Positions 9,398 to 22,300 of a stretch of DNA of 64,000 nucleotides are shown here, in pieces. This stretch comes from Savitreella phatthalungensis (lineage: Eukaryota). The stretch lies in assembly GCA_051599415.1 (NCBI GenBank), contig AP039705.1, positions 62,001 to 126,000 on the forward strand. Reading direction: 5' to 3'. Made by a program: the position numbers and the translations under genes. Within the stretch, counting starts at the first letter, position 1; each line of letters opens with the position of its first letter. The notes under the pieces were generated by a model. That model was not told the origin of the DNA. It did not search any database and saw only the letters and a list, made by a program, of their open reading frames with translations.

Positions 9398-12300
9398 TAC
9401 AGTTAGAAAAGCCAGAAATGTGTCTGCACAGAATCAGAATAGCATCTTCAAGGCTGGCTGGGTGGGTGAGTGAAATCGAAGATGATCAAATCGGGCGGTA
9501 GCGTTGTTTGGCTTCGACCGACCTTGCCGACATGGATTTACCAAACTCTTGAGGAGATGGATTGAGCTGAAGATGACCAAGCCAGAACAGGTTGGAGAAT
9601 CTTGGAATGGGCGGGCGTGGATCGGGTGCACTATGGTCTGGTCTGACTTTGACTAGATGGTTGCAGAAGCTGAAGGGTGTCACAGCAGGAGAGCAGGAGA
9701 TTGAAGCTCTGACCCATTTTGAACCCTTTTAGAAGCACAGAAGTTGAATCGCGGTTGGCTGAACAACACAGAGAGATCAACCACCGAATTTGGAAGTAAT
9801 CGTACTACTAGCAATTCAAATTTTACTCTTTAAACATCAAATCGATGGTTCTTCTATCAAGGCGGTGTACAAGCTTCGAATATTTGCAATCTATTGAATT
9901 GTGCAATATATATGTGCATCAGTTGAATGATGCACTTCAGGCAGATATCTATGATGCACTTCATAATCCGATTGAAAACAAAGGGATGTTACAATCAGAC
10001 AAGGAGTCTGTCTACACAGATATAATGATATCACGATTTTTGAAGATCTATTTCCTCACTCAGAAGTCTACTCCCCACCTGCGATAGTGTGAGACTATAG
10101 CTTGGGAGCGGAGGAATCCATCTCGATGCTGTTTGCAGATTCAGCCGGTTGATGATGGATTTGCAAAAGTCAATTGGCGAAGGTCCACCTGAGCCACTTA
10201 TCGTCCTTGTCTATCGCCTTGTCTACTGGAATGTGTAAACATCGCCTGGATCTTGTTGACCGTAGAAGGACAGATGGAATCGAAATCGGAAGGTCAGTAG
10301 AAATCTAGACCTTCCACGCGTCCTGTTCTTTCACGTGTCATTCATCTCGTCTAAATTCCTATTCTGTTTTCACGGGAATTTAAGCGACCGCTGTAATTCT
10401 TTCACAGAGAGATCTACGGATTTGGTCAAGATCGATCTCGTCGCTAGATCCAGTCTCTAGCACACATCGCTCTATTGGTTTTAGACTCTTGACATTTATC
10501 GAATTTCGAATTCGATTGAGGTTCCTAAATCGTACAATAGATCAGAATTAGACGAACATTCCTGAATTCTCAATTTCATTTGATTCGTTTTATAGTTTTG
10601 ACATGACCATCGAGGTACGTCACTCATCCACTTCATTCGGGAATCAACGCTTCGATGCATTAAATTCTGATCATTTCCTTTCAGATCCACTATCTCAGAC
10701 ATTCATTCCTACTAGCACGGGGAGAGGGACTCCTGCCTGATCAAAGCCGTCGGGATAGAAGCCTCGGAGGAGCACACATGCATGAGCGGGGCTCAGCATG
10801 GGACGATAAGCAAAGGGAAGGTCTCAGTCTCAGTCAGAAGCCATAGCGTCTCAGATCCGCAGATATGGGCATCACACTCGAACAAATAGATTGTTCAAGA
10901 CAGTAATTTAGACGATGCATGTCGTATCACGAGATATGCTGCAACTGGTCGACAAAGAGCTCCCTCAATGCTTCCTTTTCAGAATCGGGTCGCAATGCAG
11001 AGAGATCAAATGAGCGCAAGATTTCGATAGATTAGCAAATCAATGGAATGACGAGATCAGGGATGCATTGATCTGCTGGACCTTTTGTCTGGCCATCGAC
11101 ATCGATTGAGCATCGGTCTTTCCATCATGAGCAAATCGGTTTGCGTAATGAGGAGTGCAGCGGTCGACAGGCGGCTCCACGATAGCCGTCTCTCCCACCG
11201 TCGTCCGCGGTCGTCCCTCAGTCAGAGATTCCGATATACCGGGTGCCTGACCACACATTACCTAATTCAAAATCCGTGAAGGCAGCGCGGAACAATTAGT
11301 CTAGGTTGTCGATCTGCCGCTGTGGCTGTATCCCTTCCGCCAACACTCGACAGAAAAGAAATCCAATGCACGATCAGAACTTAGAAGAAGGAGGAAATCT
11401 TGGTCTTTGTGGAGGAGAATCTGCCAGGTGAGATGACGTTGGAGAATGCAAGAATCGCTTGCCTAATCATGAGGTATATCGACGAAATGCGTTTGGTGTA
11501 GCAGATTAGACCTCTAAGCCTTTGTCGATCTGCCGAAGCCACACACCTATCTAATTTCCGATGGAGAACGTGGGTGGATCGATCCAGAGGTCGACACTCG
11601 TGAATGTCCGTCCACGATTTCTCCTATAATCCACATCCCGGAAATCTCTTCCGTGAGGAGCACTCTCAAGATTCGACGCTTTCGAAACAATCCTGGCATC
11701 GATACCACAATCCGTCCATCACAGCTCGAATGCCGTCGCAGCTCTCGATACATGTATGGAAATATCATATTGCTTGATTTCCTTCTGCAGCTAGAAGAAC
11801 CCCGCGTCGCGTGCAGTGTTATGTGGACGGAAGCACTCGATCGATAGGCTCTGCCACAATTCTGGTATCTGTATTCGAGGGAGTACGATGCTAGTGCTTG
11901 GTCAGTCGGAGTGCGCAGGCTGATGCCGTACGGGCCTGGAGTTGGGAGTGAATGCGTCCAAGAGGAAATGTCTCAAATCCATGCGACTGGTGCATAGCTT
12001 GCATATCTCGAGCTACTGATTGGGGAGAAGCCTAGTGATTCAGCAACTAGCCTCCGAAGCATCAAATTCAATCTGACCTGACTACATCCGAGCGAATCCG
12101 ATCTTCTTGCAAAACAGCGTTTCTTCCGAGCACTAGTCCCAGATGGAGGTGGGTCCCGATGGAGTCCTCGCGAACATAAGACTCTGACGAGATCGGCTTG
12201 TTTGGTTTAACAAGTCAAGTCAAGTCGAAAGCCGAGAAGAAATGAAATAGCTTCGGCACACTCCCACGCGAGCACGGTGGAAATGATGTGCTCGACTGCA

Positions 12301-13959
12301 ATCGTCCATCAACACCTATGGGATTCTGGGATGCGCTGTGAAGAAACAGTCATTCTGACATGCTATGCATGACATGTTCGATGTGTCACCCGTGGATCAT
12401 CTCAGCATCGCCAGGTAAGGAAAATTCCGGTCGTCACTATCAGCTAAGCACGTTCGTCACCTTTCCAGGCAGTGCAAATCCACGATTCTTTGGAATCACT
12501 TGATCAGCATTTCGTGAACGGAATCTTGAGTGAGGCCGTGACTGGATGATGATAGCTAGCTGACAGATCGGTCTGATCGTCCGATCGATCGTCTGGTTAA
12601 CTCTTTTCGAGTGGATACGCTCTGTGTGAAAGGGCAAAAAATGTGCATCATCTGCACATCAAGGTAAAAGGGATCGACGTGATGCAAGAGATTGACAAGA
12701 AGAGGTCAGTATCGCAGCCAGAAAAGCAAAGCGATTTGCTGACCCAGGTGGCTGGTCTTGGTCAGAATAGGCACGGAGACATTCATCATATGAAGTCCCG
12801 CTTCGATTGACCAAGATCTTTAAACTGAGCCCGGTGGGTGGACCGTTTGAGTGATCTGCATGGACGCCTCGAGTTAGTGGCTTACTACGCAATCGAATTC
12901 GAATTCTGCTATACTTCTCGTCCTTTGCTTCCTTCCTTCGAATTGTGTCTATGTCCTGGCTGTGACACAGTGGAATGTCATAGGTTTGATGATGAGCGTA
13001 TGAGGAGGGAACGGGAAAAGGGGGGGAGCCAACAGGTGGGGATCACAGAGTGAATTAGTCGACAGGCGTCATTGGATACTCCCGCTCGAGTGGAGAACCA
13101 CACGTGCATCAGACAGCGCTGAATTTCTCGATGCGGTCGAGTTCCACCCCATCTCAAATTTCGGCAGAATCGAGATTCAAACAATCCCAGCGAGATCAAG
13201 TTTGAAAGAAGGCAATCTGTACAGTTGACAAAATGGATATACGTGGCTTGACCACATGCGACGGTTCAGACCTCAACGCTCAAATGCCTGCAACACATCA
13301 AGCCAAAGTGAATTGGCTGTGGTAAGGATGGAAAAATCGAACTTGACCATGTTTACTTTGTTCAATGCTATCGCTAGCTAGGCTAAGAGATTTCGAGCTT
13401 CGGCGCGGAAGCAAGATGTCGATATTCATAGTACGAGCCCTCAGGGCTATTCTACACCGAGAGACCGAAGCCACCTGAAGCAGATCTCCAACCCAGAGAT
13501 CTGGAAACCGCCCTGGAAGCCAACGCGCTAGACCAAAAACCTGAACAGACCCAGATCTATCATAGATCTGTCTCTTCTCTGCTCTCTGTTTGACTGTCTG
13601 TCTTCTACTGACTGTCTCTCCCTTGCTCTCTCTCTCCCTCGCTCGCTTGGTCTATTCATACCCCTTTCAGAATTCCACAGCCTTTGGAAGCGATTCTGGA
13701 AAGTGTGTGAGGAGCTAGGCGAGGGGGCTAGCCTTCAATCGAACCTTTCATCATTCGAATTCGCCCAGCCGATCTCACATCAATGTCAAGCTCACCAGCT
13801 GCAACTTTTTAGTATGTGAGCAAGTGGATGTTATGTGTTGTAAGTGTATGCGTATGTATGACTGGTCGAATGGAGCATGGCTGATGGCTGCAAGGTGCGA
13901 TCTTGCACTAGTCCACCGCAGCTGTAAAAACTCACCCGTTCAACCCCTCTAATCTGCAC

Positions 13960-14017
13960 CCTCTTCCTCATCCTCTTCCTCATCCTTCCTCTTCCTCATC
14001 CTCTTCCTCATCCTCAT
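13960..14017. repeat. (CCTCTTCCTCAT)n pyrimidine-rich repeat
   Basis: About four copies of the 12-mer, with one short interruption. Confidence 0.85.
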
Positions 14018-14094
14018 ACCACTGGGTTTGACTTCACTCACACGTACTCTCACACATACCATACCGCCTGATTCTATCTCTCCCTCACCTCCAG

Positions 14095-14335
14095 TTCCAC
14101 TTCCACTTCCACTTCCACTTGCGCTCTCTCCATCTTGCTATTCTATCCGTCACAGATCTGTTCGCCATTCGGATTCACTATCTGACTCTACCGACTCTAG
14201 ACCTCGTTCGGTTCCTCCACCACACCACACAACTGTTCACCGACGGGAGCAAGCGGCTTCTGTACGCACGCACGCACGAACGCACGAACGCACGAACGCA
14301 CTCACTTACTCACTTACTCACTCACACACACACGC
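14095..14335. repeat. Cluster of simple repeats: (TTCCAC)n, (GCAC)n, (ACGCACGA)n, (CACTTACT)n, (CA)n
   Basis: Directly visible upstream of the 14643 CDS. Confidence 0.75.
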
Positions 14336-14642
14336 TCTCCCTCTTCACAGCCATCATTTCGCTATCGGAATCGACATCCTCAAAGTCGACACATCCTCTC
14401 ATCCTTTCATCTGGCCATCCGACAGACTGTTCACAGATCGACAACAGCCCTCTGTTAACCCTCCGAATATATAGGCGAAGAATATCTGCACAGAAGATTC
14501 ATTCTTTTGCTGGTTCTTCTACCTGCTGACTCGCAAACTTGCAAGGTCTCGAGAGAAGCTCGCCAAGAGAGAGCGAATCATAGAGAAAGAGACCTTGTTG
14601 GGAAGGATTAAGGACGACAGCGACGACTTCTGATCACCGATC

Positions 14643-16442
14643 ATGTACCGTCTACAAGATCAGGTGCGCGACTTGGCTGTAGACTATGCACCCCAGAAGC
14701 GCCCTCGAGCGCTTTGCGAATTTGATGGCACGCATTGGCATCCAATCGAGATCGTTGACGAGACGCAGTTGAATCAACTTCAGCCAACACTCAAGCGGCT
14801 CTCCCTCTTCGCTGGCAACGGCGTCAATGGACTTGGACAGCAGCCTCTTCCCCAGGACTCGGCATACGCATCGACCGCAGGGTCTACAGGCCATCGCTCG
14901 CCATCTGCTTCGGTCGACATCAAGTATGAGCCGGAACCCATGATGCCGAGAGTATCTCAACAATCACAACAGTCATCCTCCCGGTCTTTCACAGATGCGC
15001 AGCAGCACGTGGCAGAATCTTTCAGACGCAGCTCAAGCTTTAGACTTCCAGTGCTTGACCTTGACCAATTCGAGCAAGAGCAGGAGTACGCTGCAGGCAA
15101 TGCTTATGGCGCAAATTCTGCCGCCCACTCGGCCGGAATTCAGGAGGAATCTTACGATGACTACCAGGAATCCCTACCAGAGGAGGAGCGCGATATCGTC
15201 CAGGATATCCTGGTCGAACAGCACGCCCACTCGGCTCAATACCAGGAGCCGCAGTCGACAGAGCTCCGCAGGCCGAGTGTCCTCGCGTCTCCGAGCTACC
15301 AGCGCAACTTGATCAACTTCCAGGACCTTGCCATCTCTGAAGTCGACATATCTGAGGAAAGCGCAGATTGCGACCTCGCCGTCAGCAGGCAGCACATCAT
15401 CTCTGCCTTCCCAAAGCAGTTCGAGGCAGAGGTGAAATCACCGAAGCCGCTGACGAGCTTCTCCGTCTACTCTCGCGCGGAGGACTACGTCGAAATGCTT
15501 CACGTCGTCCTTGTTCTCGAGTCTCGAAAGACTTTGTGGAAGAACATGGGAAGCACGAACAAGCCACTCGACCGTGTCACCTCCCTGCCATACGCTTGGG
15601 CGGCAGAAGTCGACCTTCCCCCGCTTTCGCTCGAGGAGCCGCGGGTCGTTAATGAGGTCGAGTGCGTGATCGGTGGCCGCCAGTGCTTCTCCGTCATCGT
15701 CTGTGACAACCACAACGACGAGTGCCGGAAGTGCAAGGGCCTTGCAAGTGAGGACGACTGCTTCGCGTGCGATGGTACGGGCATCTTCAAGAAGAAGCCG
15801 TGCGTCATGTGTACTGGAAATGGCAAGTACTACTGCAAGGCGTGCGACAACAAGGCGAAAGCACCATGCCGCAACTGTGGCTCAGCCAACAGTCCCGCGC
15901 CGATCCTCCGTCAGGCATTTGTTCAGGTCGCGAGGGAGACTGTGGTGTCGCAGACGATGGAGGTCTCTTCCGACAACAAGGCGCTCCTCATCCTTGACGC
16001 ACGCAAGCTCGCTCGTCAGACGATCGAAGCCGAGAAGTTTGACGAGGGAACCCTGCCTGTGGCTGCTTGCGGTGTCGTCATCCGGAACCGCGGCCACATC
16101 ATCTGCGCCACAGACATCAAGAGCGGCGCACGTGGCCTATTCGAGGTCGTCGACGGCATCGACCGCGTCACTTTCAAGGGACAGCTTGCACCGGTCGTCG
16201 CGCCCACCCAGGGACAGAACGGCAGCCGTCCTGGCTCCATTCGCTCACAGTCATCACAGCGCTCGGGACTCTCCCGTGCAGGCTCATGGTTCAAGCGAGG
16301 TGGGAATAAGGAGAAGGACGAACCAGCGGCGACCCAAGCAGGGTCGCAATCGCAGGCTCCTCCACCGAGGGATGATTCCGATGCTGGCAGTGTCCACTCG
16401 ACTGCCTCCAAACGACGCTTCTTCAAGCTCGGGCGGAAGTGA
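14643..16442 (+). CDS. SSUH2-like protein with DnaJ-type CxxCxGxG zinc-finger repeats and no J-domain
   Basis: 599 aa. CRKCKG, CFACDGTG, CVMCTGNG, CKACD and CRNCG, preceded by LESRKTLW..PYAWAAEVDLPP, which recalls the SSUH2 N-terminal block. Disordered N- and C-termini. No HPD motif. Confidence 0.6.
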   Translation: MYRLQDQVRDLAVDYAPQKRPRALCEFDGTHWHPIEIVDETQLNQLQPTLKRLSLFAGNGVNGLGQQPLPQDSAYASTAGSTGHRSPSASVDIKYEPEPMMPRVSQQSQQSSSRSFTDAQQHVAESFRRSSSFRLPVLDLDQFEQEQEYAAGNAYGANSAAHSAGIQEESYDDYQESLPEEERDIVQDILVEQHAHSAQYQEPQSTELRRPSVLASPSYQRNLINFQDLAISEVDISEESADCDLAVSRQHIISAFPKQFEAEVKSPKPLTSFSVYSRAEDYVEMLHVVLVLESRKTLWKNMGSTNKPLDRVTSLPYAWAAEVDLPPLSLEEPRVVNEVECVIGGRQCFSVIVCDNHNDECRKCKGLASEDDCFACDGTGIFKKKPCVMCTGNGKYYCKACDNKAKAPCRNCGSANSPAPILRQAFVQVARETVVSQTMEVSSDNKALLILDARKLARQTIEAEKFDEGTLPVAACGVVIRNRGHIICATDIKSGARGLFEVVDGIDRVTFKGQLAPVVAPTQGQNGSRPGSIRSQSSQRSGLSRAGSWFKRGGNKEKDEPAATQAGSQSQAPPPRDDSDAGSVHSTASKRRFFKLGRK

Positions 16443-16727
16443 GCAATCACACATCCCTCAACCATGATGATCTCCCGCTCTTCTTTTCCCTTTTCACCCC
16501 AACGCACTTCCGCCACAACCATACCACATTAGTTTTAACGACGCCTCTGATGACGATGAAGGCCTTTTCTGTCCTCCCTATATACACATAACTCTCACAT
16601 CCAAACACCCACACACCAACACGCACGCATATATACTCACGCCAACATCGATACGTACCTTATTCACATATCCTTCGAAGCTACCTACAGGTGTGTGTTT
16701 GTCATGTTGTGTCCCTTTCAATCTTGT

Positions 16728-17297
16728 TCATGATGTGGCCATGGCATTTGCAGCCTCGACTGCACGATCGATCGTGCCGAGCTGTTGCTTGAGTGCGGTC
16801 GTGGCCGCATCGAGACTCTTCCTTGCGCTTTCGACCGCCTCGAGCTCGCTAGCATTGCTTGCCTGGAGTACCTGGAGCTTTGCCTGCAAGGACGCCAACT
16901 CGTCCCTCTTCAGCGGCAGCAAGTGCGCCCTCAGCAAGTGCTCCGGAGACAAATCAGCCACACCTTCACCACTCCCACTCGCTCCGCTTTCCTTCTCGGC
17001 ACGCGCCTTCTCCAGCAACCGGTCGAGCTCATTCAGCCGCTCCACCACACACCGCTCATCCAGAATCTTCCCAAACTCACTCCGGCACGAACCGCCCATG
17101 AACGAGACCACCTGTTCGCCAGCATGCCGCAGCGTCTCTGGATCTCGCGCAGCCAGAGTCGGAAAGCACGATGCGAGCTTCTCGTACGAGCACGCGGTCC
17201 GCAAGGTCGTCGAAAGCGCACGTTCGAGAACCTCGTCTAGCTTCTGAGCGCGTTTGCCAGGAAGCGGTCGTGCAGGCGATGCGCTCTCGGTGTCCAT
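16728..17297 (-). CDS. NNF1: MIND/Mis12 kinetochore complex subunit Nnf1
   Basis: TTLRTACSYEKLASCFPTLA, EFGKILDERCVVERLNELDRLL, LSPEHLLRAHL and a C-terminal coiled coil. First ATG at 17297. Confidence 0.85.
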   Translation of the reverse strand: MDTESASPARPLPGKRAQKLDEVLERALSTTLRTACSYEKLASCFPTLAARDPETLRHAGEQVVSFMGGSCRSEFGKILDERCVVERLNELDRLLEKARAEKESGASGSGEGVADLSPEHLLRAHLLPLKRDELASLQAKLQVLQASNASELEAVESARKSLDAATTALKQQLGTIDRAVEAANAMATS

Positions 17298-17790
17298 CGC
17301 GCGCACGCGCCCCAAGGACTATGAGAACCGCGACGCTTCAAGTGTCGAGACGGAGAGATAGTCCCTTCTGGAGATGAGACTTCTTGTTGTGTAGTGATAG
17401 ACGCGTATGCTGTTGGATGTGTGTTGTGGATACCAGCCTTGCATCGTTTATTTCTCACGTGCGCGTTTTCTGCTCTCGCACGTGCACGTCTTCAGAATCG
17501 GGAGCGGATGAATTGAAAAGTGACGCACCAGCACACTCTCACAAATCCAATTCTGATCTACCTCCTCAAGTCATCATCATCACAACCATCAACGACCAGT
17601 ACTACGCAGTGATCCTGGTGGGTTTACAAGGGCTCTTCCGATCCCAGTGTTCATTTCGTCTCTAGGACGGTCCTAGGACAGATTCGAGGCAGATAAGATA
17701 GACGAGCTCGACTTGAGCGTGCTTTGACCTTCGACCTGTAACAACTCAGCCAACAGCTTTTTCTCGTCTTGTCACTTGCCCACGCTCATC

Positions 17791-18969
17791 ATGTCAGAGC
17801 CAGCAGACCTAGCGGGTGCACCCGCAGGTAGACCGACTCTCAAACGAGTTCGTTCAAGGTCATCATCTGTCAACAAGATCCCAACCTCTCAGCCAGGACG
17901 ACTGCCACGACAAGGTGCGCTCAGGATCGGCGCGTCCTCCATGGATAGACTTGTCTACTACGCTCGTGAGCACACCTGGTTTGGTCCCCTATGCGTGATT
18001 CTAGCTGCGCTCTTTCTTTACGGACTCCAGCCTACACAGGAGAACCCAGTGTCCAGGTTCCTGTTCGTGTCATATCCAATCAGAGGATCAACCCCGCAGG
18101 TCTACGGCAAGGGCTACTGGGACCTCGCATTCGTCGGATTCTATGTCGTCGTGTTCACCTTCACTCGTGAATTCTGCATGCAATTCATCCTCGCACCTGT
18201 CGCGCGCTTCTACGGTCTCCGGAAGGGCAAGGTCCAGCGATTCATGGAGCAAGGGTACACGATCATGTACTTCTCCTGCTCTGCATCTTTCGGTATCTGG
18301 GTGATGTCGAGGACGTCGATGTGGTACTTTAACACCCGGCAATTCTACGCCGACTACCCGCACCAGCTGCACGAGGCAGACTTCAAGGTCTACTACCTCG
18401 CACAATTCGCGTACTGGCTCCAGCAGTTCATCGTCCTCGCCCTCCAGCTCGAGAAGCCGAGAAAGGACTACCACGAACTCATCATCCACCACATCGTCAC
18501 CCTCCTCCTCATCGGTCTTTCGTACATCTTCCACTTCACCTGGATCGGACTCGCCGTCTTCATCACCATGGACTCCTCAGACGTTTTTCTCGCACTCTCA
18601 AAGAATTTGAACTACATCGACAGTGTCCTCACCGGCCCATTCTTTATCTTCTTCGTCGGCGTCTGGTTCTACACCCGCCACTGGCTATCTGGCAAGATCC
18701 TCTACAGCGTCGTCACTGAATTTGAGACTGTTGGACCTTGGGAGGTCGATTGGGACAAAGGTCTTTACAAGTGCTGGATCTCCCAGTACGTCTGCTTTGC
18801 TCTCCTCGCAGCCATCTACGCACTCAACGTCTACTGGTTCTTCCTCATCCTCCGCATCCTCTACAGGTTCGTCTTCCAGAACGAAGCAAGAGACGAGCGC
18901 TCCGATGACGAGGATGAAGATGACGAAGAACCTCCAGCAGATGCAGCTCACAAGAAGAAGAACAAGTGA
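17791..18969 (+). CDS. LAG1: Ceramide synthase, Lag1/Lac1 family (TLC domain)
   Basis: YGKGYWDLAFVGFY, Lag1p motif EKPRKDYHELIIHHIVTLLLI..ITMDSSDVFL, acidic tail DERSDDEDE and KKKNK end. Lag1 vs Lac1 not resolved. Confidence 0.92.
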   Translation: MSEPADLAGAPAGRPTLKRVRSRSSSVNKIPTSQPGRLPRQGALRIGASSMDRLVYYAREHTWFGPLCVILAALFLYGLQPTQENPVSRFLFVSYPIRGSTPQVYGKGYWDLAFVGFYVVVFTFTREFCMQFILAPVARFYGLRKGKVQRFMEQGYTIMYFSCSASFGIWVMSRTSMWYFNTRQFYADYPHQLHEADFKVYYLAQFAYWLQQFIVLALQLEKPRKDYHELIIHHIVTLLLIGLSYIFHFTWIGLAVFITMDSSDVFLALSKNLNYIDSVLTGPFFIFFVGVWFYTRHWLSGKILYSVVTEFETVGPWEVDWDKGLYKCWISQYVCFALLAAIYALNVYWFFLILRILYRFVFQNEARDERSDDEDEDDEEPPADAAHKKKNK

Positions 18970-19319
18970 TTCAGCAATACTTGGACTTCAAGCAGTACTT
19001 GGACTTGTTTATCAGACCGACAGACAGAGTTACAAAGCACGTCAGGCCATAAATAGTAGTAGTATAGTATAGGGCCGACAAGCCAGTCTAACAAGGTCTT
19101 CAAGCGTCGAGGAATGTTGTCAATGGCTATCGGAGCGCATCGACGGGCGTGTTTCCCATAGGCGGAATCCCGACTGCATCAGTGTTGTGACTTTACCCTC
19201 AATGCGTCTGTGCGCCTGTATGTAAATGCATGACATACAATGACCCCACGCAAGCACAAATACATTGAGAGAGACAACATGTCTCTCGATCCAGTGTCTA
19301 TCATGGCTTGTACTCTACT

Positions 19320-22300
19320 ATGAAGGTTTGCGCATCTTGTCGCAAACGTCTGCTGGCCGGCAGGCGGCTCTTCAGCAGTTCTCGCGCGTCTCGGAATGAT
19401 GATGCGATTGACAGGGAAGCCGCGCGTCGGCTTTCACACCTACGCAACCAATCTGCGCGGCTCAATGCGCTTGGCATCCAGCAGATCTCATCTTCGGTTC
19501 ACGCGCAACTCTTCAGCAAGAGCTCTCAACCGGCGGCCAACAGCACACGTCATCAACAACGGATGCAGTCCCTCACTCGCCTATCACAGCGGCACCTGCT
19601 CGCCCACGACCTGCTAGGCAAGAACACCGCCGTCGCGCCTGAAATCAACCTCGAACTACCACCTCTTCAGGGCGCAGACCTGGACGAGCACTTCCACAAG
19701 CTAGGTCTCGAGGTCTCCGAGCCGTACCTGGACATCTCACGCCGCTTTGCCAACGCCAAACTACCCGAGAAACCAACCTCCTGGATCCACCAATCAGGCT
19801 GGACGCGGTACACCCCAGATGGAGCATCGCCCGCGCAAGTGTCACACCCGCTCGAGGACGCTATCGTCTTCGACGTCGAAGTCATGTACAAAGTGCACCC
19901 ATACGCCGTCATGGCTGTGGCCGCGAGCGAGGAGGCTTGGTATGCTTGGCTATCGCCGTGGCTGCTGAGTGAGTCGGATGATCCTAGCCACCTTGTTCCG
20001 CTGGGCGGTGAGGCGGCTGCGAAGGTCGTGGTTGGCCACAATGTGGGATACGATCGAGCGCGAGTGCTGGAGGAGTACGCGATCAAGAAGTCGCAGCTCG
20101 GATTTGTCGACACAATGTCGCTCCACGTCGCCGTCAACGGGATGTGCTCCAGGCAGCGGCCTGCGTGGATGCAGCACAAGAAAGCGCGCGAGCAGCGCGA
20201 AAAGGTCCTGCGAGAGAACGGCGGCGCCGTAGGCAAGATGCTCCAGGCCCTTGGCGATGCCTCCCCTACAGACGATGACGACTGGATCGCTCGATCCTCC
20301 ACCAACTCCTTAGCAGAGGTCGTCTACTTCCACTGCGGCTTTGTTCCTGACAAAGCCGCCAGGGACGCCTTCGACGCCACCGAACGCGGGCAGATTGTTG
20401 GCCAGCTAGATGCACTCCTGGACTACTGTGCTGAAGATGTGCGCATCACACATCTCGTCTACGACAAAGTCCTCCCGAGCTTCTTAGAGGTCTCGCCACA
20501 CCCGGTCTCGTTCGCAGCACTTCTATACATGAACGCAATGACCCTGCCCGTCGACTACGACAAGTGGCATGCGTACATCGAGCGCGCCGAGCGCACATAT
20601 CGTGATCTCTCTTCCATGGTCACCCAGCGGCTCGTCGGCAGCGCGAATGACCTCCTCAAGCACAAGGACAGCCCGGAGGTGTACAATGCAGACCCATGGC
20701 TGCGGCAACTCGATTGGACGACGAAGCCAGTCCGGATGGTGACCAACAAAAAGACTGGCGAGCAGCGTCTCGCAAAGAACCAGAAAATGCCAGGGATGCC
20801 GCAGTGGTACCGCGACTTGTTCAAGGGATCGCCAGACACGATGAACTTGACTACGCGGACGCGCATCTCCCCGCTCCTCCTCCGGATGAACTGGCAAGGC
20901 CACCCACTCGTCTGGTCAGACCAGTACGGTTGGACGTTCCAGGTAAACGACGCATCGGCCGCGCAGTTGTTCCGCGACAAGAAATACACAGAATGCGAGC
21001 TCGGCACATTCAAGGTGCCACACAAGGACGGTCCGTCGTCGCGTGTGGCGACGCCACTCTCAAAGCACTTTGTCAAAGCGTTCGAGGATGGTCTACTCTC
21101 GTCAGAGTTCTCACTCGCCAAAGAGGCCCTCGAGATGAACGCCGCGTGTTCCTACTGGATCTCCTCTCGCGAACGCATCACGAAGCAAATGGTCCACCGC
21201 CTGCGTGATAACCCTTCCCAAGGCATCATCCTCCCGCAAGCAGTCACCATGGGCACTATCACTCGTCGCGCGATCGAGGCCACCTGGATGACAGCCTCGA
21301 ACGCGAAGAAGAATCGGGTTGGATCAGAGCTCAAATCGATGGTAGAAGCTCCTCCAGGCTACTCATTCGTCGGAGCTGATGTCGATAGCGAGGAGCTCTG
21401 GATTGCATCGCTGATGGGTGACTCGCAGTTTGGTCTGCATGGCTCGACGGCGCTCGGCTGGATGACGCTCGAAGGCACAAAGTCACAAAAGACAGACCTC
21501 CACTCCACCACAGCCGCCATCCTTGGCATCTCCCGCAATGACGCAAAGGTCTTCAACTACGGCCGAATCTACGGCGCAGGTCTCAAATTCGCCGTACAAC
21601 TCCTCCTCCAGTTCAACCCAACCCTGTCAGAGCAGCAGGCCCGCGACACGGCCGAGGAACTCTACCGCTCAACCAAAGGCCGACGTGTGAAACTCTCGCC
21701 TCGCGAAGTCGAACAACTATCACCCGTCCTCGGTACCCCCGACACCGGTGGCGAGGACAACAACAAGCGCGGCAAGGCTTTCTGGCGCGGTGGCACTGAG
21801 TCGTTCGTCTTCAATCGTCTGGAGCGCGTGGCAGAGCAATCATACCCGCGGACGCCTGTTCTCGGGTGCGGAATCACCCAGGCGCTGCTAGGCAAGTACC
21901 TCGCCCCTGGCTCGTTCCTGACGTCGCGCATCAACTGGGCAGTCCAATCTTCAGGGGTGGACTACCTGCACCTCCTGATCGTCGGCACAGAGTACCTCCT
22001 TCGCCTCTACCGGATCACCGACGCGAGACTCGCCCTCACCGTCCACGACGAGATTCGTTACCTGTGTCGCTCTGAGGATGCGACCTTGGTTGCCTACCTC
22101 CTCCAGATCGCCAACCTGTGGACGCGTGCGATGTTTGCCCACCAGCTAGGCATCCACGACCTCCCTCAATCCTGCGCCTTCTTCTCAGAAGTCGATATCG
22201 ACAAAGTCCTACGCAAAGACGTCAACGACCCATCCATCACACCCTCGCATCCACATCCAATTCCCCCAGGCAAATCCACAACCATCAACGACCTCATCGA

